Virus record (IMG/VR): IMGVR_UViG_3300031853_000132
Coordinates: 1-36,549 of that record
Direction: 5' to 3' (one strand)
Source of the DNA: a virus
Length of the DNA stretch: 36,549 nt
Part shown: positions 33,791 to 36,549 of the stretch, one piece after another
Position numbering within the stretch: position 1 is the stretch's first letter
Layout: the number at the start of each line of letters is the position of its first letter
Made by a program: the position numbers and the translations under genes
The notes under the pieces: generated by a model
The model's input: the letters and a program-made list of their open reading frames with translations, nothing else
What the model was told of the DNA's origin: nothing
The model's database searches: none

Positions 33791-33804
33791 AATGACTATA
33801 AAAG
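33791..33804 (+). promoter_or_regulatory. Late-promoter-like motif AATGACTATAAAAG (lysis cassette)
   Basis: Exact 10-mer, 27 nt upstream of the endolysin ATG. Confidence 0.45.
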
Positions 33805-33817
33805 CAGAGGGCAAACA

Positions 33818-34429
33818 ATGACAATCTACAAACGATATTTAACACCTAACGAATGGAGCAGACCACAAAGCAAAATAAAAGAGTTCCGCGCAATCGTCAT
33901 GCACTGGACGGCAAACCCAAACGCAAACGCCGAGCAGAACTGGCTTTATTTTGAAGCTCGAAAAGCTGGCACCAATAGCTACGGCTCGGCGCATTACATC
34001 ATCGGGCAAAAGGGCGATATTATCCAGTGCATACCCGACGAAGAAGTGGCCTACCACTGCGGCAGCTCGCAGAAAGACCCCGAAAGCGGGCAGATTTACA
34101 CAAACTACGCGCGTAAGAAGTTCGGACACTACGCCGTACACTTCCAAGTATCAAGCCCGAACTATTGCACGCTCGGCATTGAGCTTTGCCCGACAGACAA
34201 CGCGGGCAATTTTACAGAACAGACAATAAAAGCAGCTGCGGAGCTTTGCGCGTATCTTTGCAAGCGCCACAACCTTACACCGCAGGACATCACAACACAC
34301 CACGATATAGTCGGCTGGAAAGACTGCCCGCGCTTATGGACTAAACGCCCCGAACTTTTGGAAGCGTTCAGATTAAGCGTTGCAGACGAAATCGCAAGAG
34401 CTGGGGGCGCAGAATGTGGGAAGCAATAA
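33818..34429 (+). CDS. Endolysin, N-acetylmuramoyl-L-alanine amidase (amidase_2/PGRP type)
   Basis: IVMHWTANP...SAHYIIGQKGDIIQCIP...AYHCG...HHDI..W.DCP. The ATG follows AGAGGG. The track ORF start at 33761 reads through the promoter motif. Confidence 0.8.
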   Translation: MTIYKRYLTPNEWSRPQSKIKEFRAIVMHWTANPNANAEQNWLYFEARKAGTNSYGSAHYIIGQKGDIIQCIPDEEVAYHCGSSQKDPESGQIYTNYARKKFGHYAVHFQVSSPNYCTLGIELCPTDNAGNFTEQTIKAAAELCAYLCKRHNLTPQDITTHHDIVGWKDCPRLWTKRPELLEAFRLSVADEIARAGGAECGKQ

Positions 34430-34911
34430 GCAACGTTCTAACAAGCCCGAACGCTAGAGAAATACTGTTTTTTCTTGCCGTCGTAATCGTGGCGGCAATA
34501 GTTCTTGTCAAAACGGGAGCGGTAACAGTGAGAACAAAGCACGTAAGAATAGGCAGAGCAGAAGCCGAACGTGAAGTAATACTGCGGCAGGTTGAAGCGG
34601 CGCACGACTTCATTATGAGCATTGAGGGGAAAATCAAAGCCGATACAACGCAGTATAACGGCTATTTCACGAAATACATTCTTGAGCGTGTCTATGACAA
34701 AACTATCGAATGGATCATGTTCAACCACATTACAAACAGCACGCTTTACGTGCAGGACAAACAGGACACTATTTGCAACTTGATTTATACGTTTGACGTG
34801 GCCGAGGACTTCAAAACGCCCGAGTTCAAAAAACGTATGTGTAATTGGGTTGCGGAACTTATAGACCGCTTAATTAAAACGCGGGAAATCTACAGCAAAC
34901 AGGGAGAATAA
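34414..34911 (+). CDS. Membrane-anchored protein (165 aa, one N-terminal TM)
   Basis: The hydrophobic segment ILFFLAVVIVAAIVLV is followed by a soluble domain. It lies within the lysis cassette. Confidence 0.5.
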   Translation: MWEAISNVLTSPNAREILFFLAVVIVAAIVLVKTGAVTVRTKHVRIGRAEAEREVILRQVEAAHDFIMSIEGKIKADTTQYNGYFTKYILERVYDKTIEWIMFNHITNSTLYVQDKQDTICNLIYTFDVAEDFKTPEFKKRMCNWVAELIDRLIKTREIYSKQGE

Positions 34912-34917
34912 AAAAAC

Positions 34918-35127
34918 ATGGAAGAAGAAAAGACAGAGAAAAAACACAGCAAGCTAACATCGGCTAAATTGTGGGTGACAATATGGGCAATCGGCCTTGT
35001 GTCTTTTATCGTAATCGCGAACCGCACCGAGTTTATGAGCATAGCGCAGCCGCTTTGCTTTGTTCCGCTTGGTTACTTGGGCGTGAACGTATGGCAGAAA
35101 AAAATTTACGAGGATAGCGCAAAGTGA
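34918..35127 (+). CDS. Holin candidate (69 aa, two hydrophobic segments)
   Basis: LWVTIWAIGLVSFIVI and IAQPLCFVPLGYLGVNVW. Adjacent to the endolysin and spanin genes. Confidence 0.45.
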   Translation: MEEEKTEKKHSKLTSAKLWVTIWAIGLVSFIVIANRTEFMSIAQPLCFVPLGYLGVNVWQKKIYEDSAK

Positions 35128-35231
35128 AATACACCTGCAAAGTGTGCCAGCAACAATATTTTATATGGCGCATGAAAACAAACGACATCTGCATAGATTG
35201 TTTTAGGCGAAAGCTAGGGGGCAAAAGGTGA
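35124..35231 (+). CDS. Mini zinc-ribbon protein (35 aa, CxxC-14-CxxC)
   Basis: GTG start in a GTGA overlap with the upstream stop. Its own TGA overlaps the next GTG start. Below the ORF-track cutoff. Confidence 0.3.
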   Translation: MKYTCKVCQQQYFIWRMKTNDICIDCFRRKLGGKR

Positions 35232-35497
35232 ATATATCAGCATGGATAATTACGGGGCTTGCAGTCGCATTTATGGCGGTTGTAGCTATTGGCGGCGCTT
35301 ATTTGAACGCCGAACGAAAACGCTATGAAAAGCACATAGCAGACTTAAAAAAAGAGGGGGCAGAAAATGCACAGAACGCAGCGGACGCAATCACGCACGC
35401 CGAAGAAATCAAGGAAAATGCAAATACTGGCAATCATACTGACGATATGCACACTATGGCTGACCAGCTGCACAACTACGCGAACGGTAGACAGTAA
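35228..35497 (+). CDS. i-spanin candidate (N-terminal TM + coiled-coil periplasmic part)
   Basis: WIITGLAVAFMAVVAIGGAYL is followed by a charged helical region. It overlaps the lipoprotein ORF. Confidence 0.5.
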   Translation: MNISAWIITGLAVAFMAVVAIGGAYLNAERKRYEKHIADLKKEGAENAQNAADAITHAEEIKENANTGNHTDDMHTMADQLHNYANGRQ

Positions 35498-35684
35498 CCC
35501 CGCCCCGCAATACTACCCGCCCGACCCGTACGACAAAAACGGCGAGCTGGTATGGGTAGAAATTAAGGACGGGGAAACGTTCACGGCCACAGAGGACGGC
35601 ATATATTTGCCGTGGTGGTATTGGCAGAAAGTCTATAACTACATCGTGAACACTCAAGAAGCGCAGAACGCAAAACAGAAATGA
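35418..35684 (+). CDS. o-spanin candidate (small Pro-rich lipoprotein)
   Basis: The internal ATG follows AAGGAAA. Signal MQILAIILTICTLWLTSC has the lipobox LTSC. The mature part is Pro-rich. It starts in a different frame inside the 3' end of the i-spanin candidate. Confidence 0.5.
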   Translation: MQILAIILTICTLWLTSCTTTRTVDSNPAPQYYPPDPYDKNGELVWVEIKDGETFTATEDGIYLPWWYWQKVYNYIVNTQEAQNAKQK

Positions 35685-35693
35685 CTATATAGG
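35680..35693 (+). promoter_or_regulatory. Late-promoter-like motif AATGACTATATAGG
   Basis: Exact 10-mer overlapping the o-spanin stop, upstream of AGGAGG and the ATG at 35711. Confidence 0.4.
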
Positions 35694-35710
35694 CAGGAGG
35701 AAATAGACCT

Positions 35711-36031
35711 ATGAAAAAATGGGGAATTATCGGCGCTTTGCTTTTTGTGGGCGCAGTAGTGTTCGGTTATTTTTGCAACTTTCCAGCTGCAACAATTATC
35801 GAAATCGCAGTAGCAGCGTTCGGCTTTACTGCCGTTGTAATCGCTGCAATTAAAGGCGCAAAAGAAAAACAGATCGCAGTATGGAAAACTATTGTTATCG
35901 TTGTTCTTGCGTCGGTGGGTGGCGTAATCTGCTGTATTGGCGGACTTGCGCAGAATATCTTTGCAGAAATCAGCGGCGCAGTGCTTGCACTTTTGGCCGT
36001 AATTTTTGGAATGATTTATAACAAAAAATAA
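35711..36031 (+). CDS. Polytopic membrane protein (106 aa, about 4 TM)
   Basis: Four hydrophobic stretches and a strong AGGAGG SD. Confidence 0.55.
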   Translation: MKKWGIIGALLFVGAVVFGYFCNFPAATIIEIAVAAFGFTAVVIAAIKGAKEKQIAVWKTIVIVVLASVGGVICCIGGLAQNIFAEISGAVLALLAVIFGMIYNKK

Positions 36032-36046
36032 CGGGTTTTACCCTTG

Positions 36047-36089
36047 CGGCGGCAGTACATCGCACCTCGTATTTGCCGCCGTTTCTTTT
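36047..36089 (+). terminator. Intrinsic terminator candidate (CGGCGGCA/TGCCGCCG stem, T-rich tail)
   Basis: 8-bp stem with a large loop, followed by tttcttttg. Confidence 0.45.
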
Positions 36090-36108
36090 GTATGCAACGT
36101 CATATAAA

Positions 36109-36124
36109 AATGACTATGTATATA
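36109..36124 (+). promoter_or_regulatory. Late-promoter-like motif variant AATGACTATGTATATA (head operon)
   Basis: 9 of 10 match to the 10-mer, upstream of the scaffold gene. Confidence 0.4.
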
Positions 36125-36196
36125 GCGTGAACGGCGCGTAACCCGTTCTAATCCTTTGGCGGGCACGCCGTAAAAAATGCGTAGGGAGATACACAA

Positions 36197-36549
36197 ATGA
36201 AACGTGATTTTTTAGAGGGTTTGAAACTTGAAGCCGACGTAATCGACAAGATTATGAGAGAAAACGGCAAGGACATCGAAAGCGCAAAAGCAAAGTTCGC
36301 CGATTATGACGACCTTAAAAAGCAGCTTGAAACTGCAACCGCAACGCTTGAGAAGTTCAAGGACTACGACCAAACAAAGGCAGATGTTGAAAAATACAAA
36401 GCCGAGCTGAAAAAATCGCAGGAAGAAAGCGCGGCAAAAATCGCCGCTATGGAGCGTTCGGGAAAAGTAAAAGATTACCTTTCGGGCAAAAAGTTTGTAA
36501 ACAAAATCACACAGGACGCAATCACCGCGAAAATGTGCGAAGCATTGGG
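36197..36549 (+). CDS. Scaffolding protein, 5' part (runs off the window and continues at 1-317 via the terminal overlap)
   Basis: ATG after AGGGAG. Coiled-coil Lys/Glu-rich sequence. The combined ORF is 180 aa. Confidence 0.6.
   Translation, partial: MKRDFLEGLKLEADVIDKIMRENGKDIESAKAKFADYDDLKKQLETATATLEKFKDYDQTKADVEKYKAELKKSQEESAAKIAAMERSGKVKDYLSGKKFVNKITQDAITAKMCEAL
36423..36549 (+). repeat. Terminal overlap copy 2 (identical to 1-127)
   Basis: Same 127-bp string as 1-127. Consistent with circular assembly or terminal redundancy. Confidence 0.95.

Larger units (their letters stand above)
1..36549. mobile_element. Complete circularly permuted tailed-phage genome (siphovirus-like, lambda-like tail tip); unit length 36,422 bp
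   Basis: A full set of head, tail, lysis, replication and packaging genes is present. The scaffold ORF is split by the window edge and rejoins in frame through the 127-bp terminal overlap. Confidence 0.85.

Noticed and set aside
33761-33817. Longer N-terminal extension of the endolysin ORF (track start 33761)
   Set aside because: The extension begins at a non-ATG codon and reads through the promoter-like motif. The ATG at 33818 has an AGAGGG SD and yields a normal amidase N-terminus.
3998-36124. The AATGACTATA(T)AG motif as a T7/SP6-type single-subunit RNA polymerase promoter (it resembles SP6 GTGACACTATAGAAG)
   Set aside because: No ORF of the required size (~800-900 aa) or similarity for a single-subunit RNAP exists in the 36.4-kb genome. 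A host-RNAP promoter read with a phage factor is more plausible.
1-36549. Integrase, excisionase, CI/Cro-type repressor, canonical tRNA/rRNA genes, CRISPR arrays, toxin-antitoxin pairs
   Set aside because: I looked for them among all track ORFs and intergenic regions and recognised none. This is a by-eye negative and should be confirmed with HMM and tRNA scans.

Overview
The window is one complete, circularly permuted tailed dsDNA phage genome. Unit length is 36,422 bp, and bases 1-127 recur exactly at 36423-36549. All calls come from reading the sequence and the supplied translations; no database search was run.

Almost every gene is on the + strand, in this order:
- Scaffold gene (36197, wrapping to 317), major capsid, connector/neck genes, tail tube, chaperone and tape measure.
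- A lambda-like tail tip (M/L/K-like genes plus an I-J-like fusion, ending at 12679).
- A tail-fibre gene whose C-terminal lectin-fold tip is the variable repeat of a diversity-generating retroelement (DGR): VR 14226-14331, TR 14559-14664, RT 14841-16349.
- A two-gene minus-strand island: a lipoprotein with a FliL-like C-terminus and a DDE transposase.
- About 650 bp of non-coding control DNA: a 26-bp inverted repeat, an AT-rich tandem repeat, and a consensus TTGACA/TATAAT promoter feeding a roughly 220-nt structured leader or ncRNA that ends in a terminator.
- An early module: VRR-NUC nuclease, PD-(D/E)XK exonuclease, SSB, Rad52-like annealase and a DnaC-like loader.
- A candidate two-part sigma/HTH late regulator, a metallopeptidase and a ParB-methyltransferase fusion.
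- Terminase, portal, and a MuF-like head protein carrying an extra C-terminal Cys/His domain, followed by a small coupled ORF.
- A lysis cassette with overlapping spanin candidates.

The 10-mer AATGACTATA occurs at least 8 times. Every copy is on the + strand, and every copy lies ahead of late genes or the DGR template. I read it as a phage-specific late promoter.

I saw no rRNA, canonical tRNA, CRISPR array, tyrosine/serine integrase or obvious CI-type repressor.
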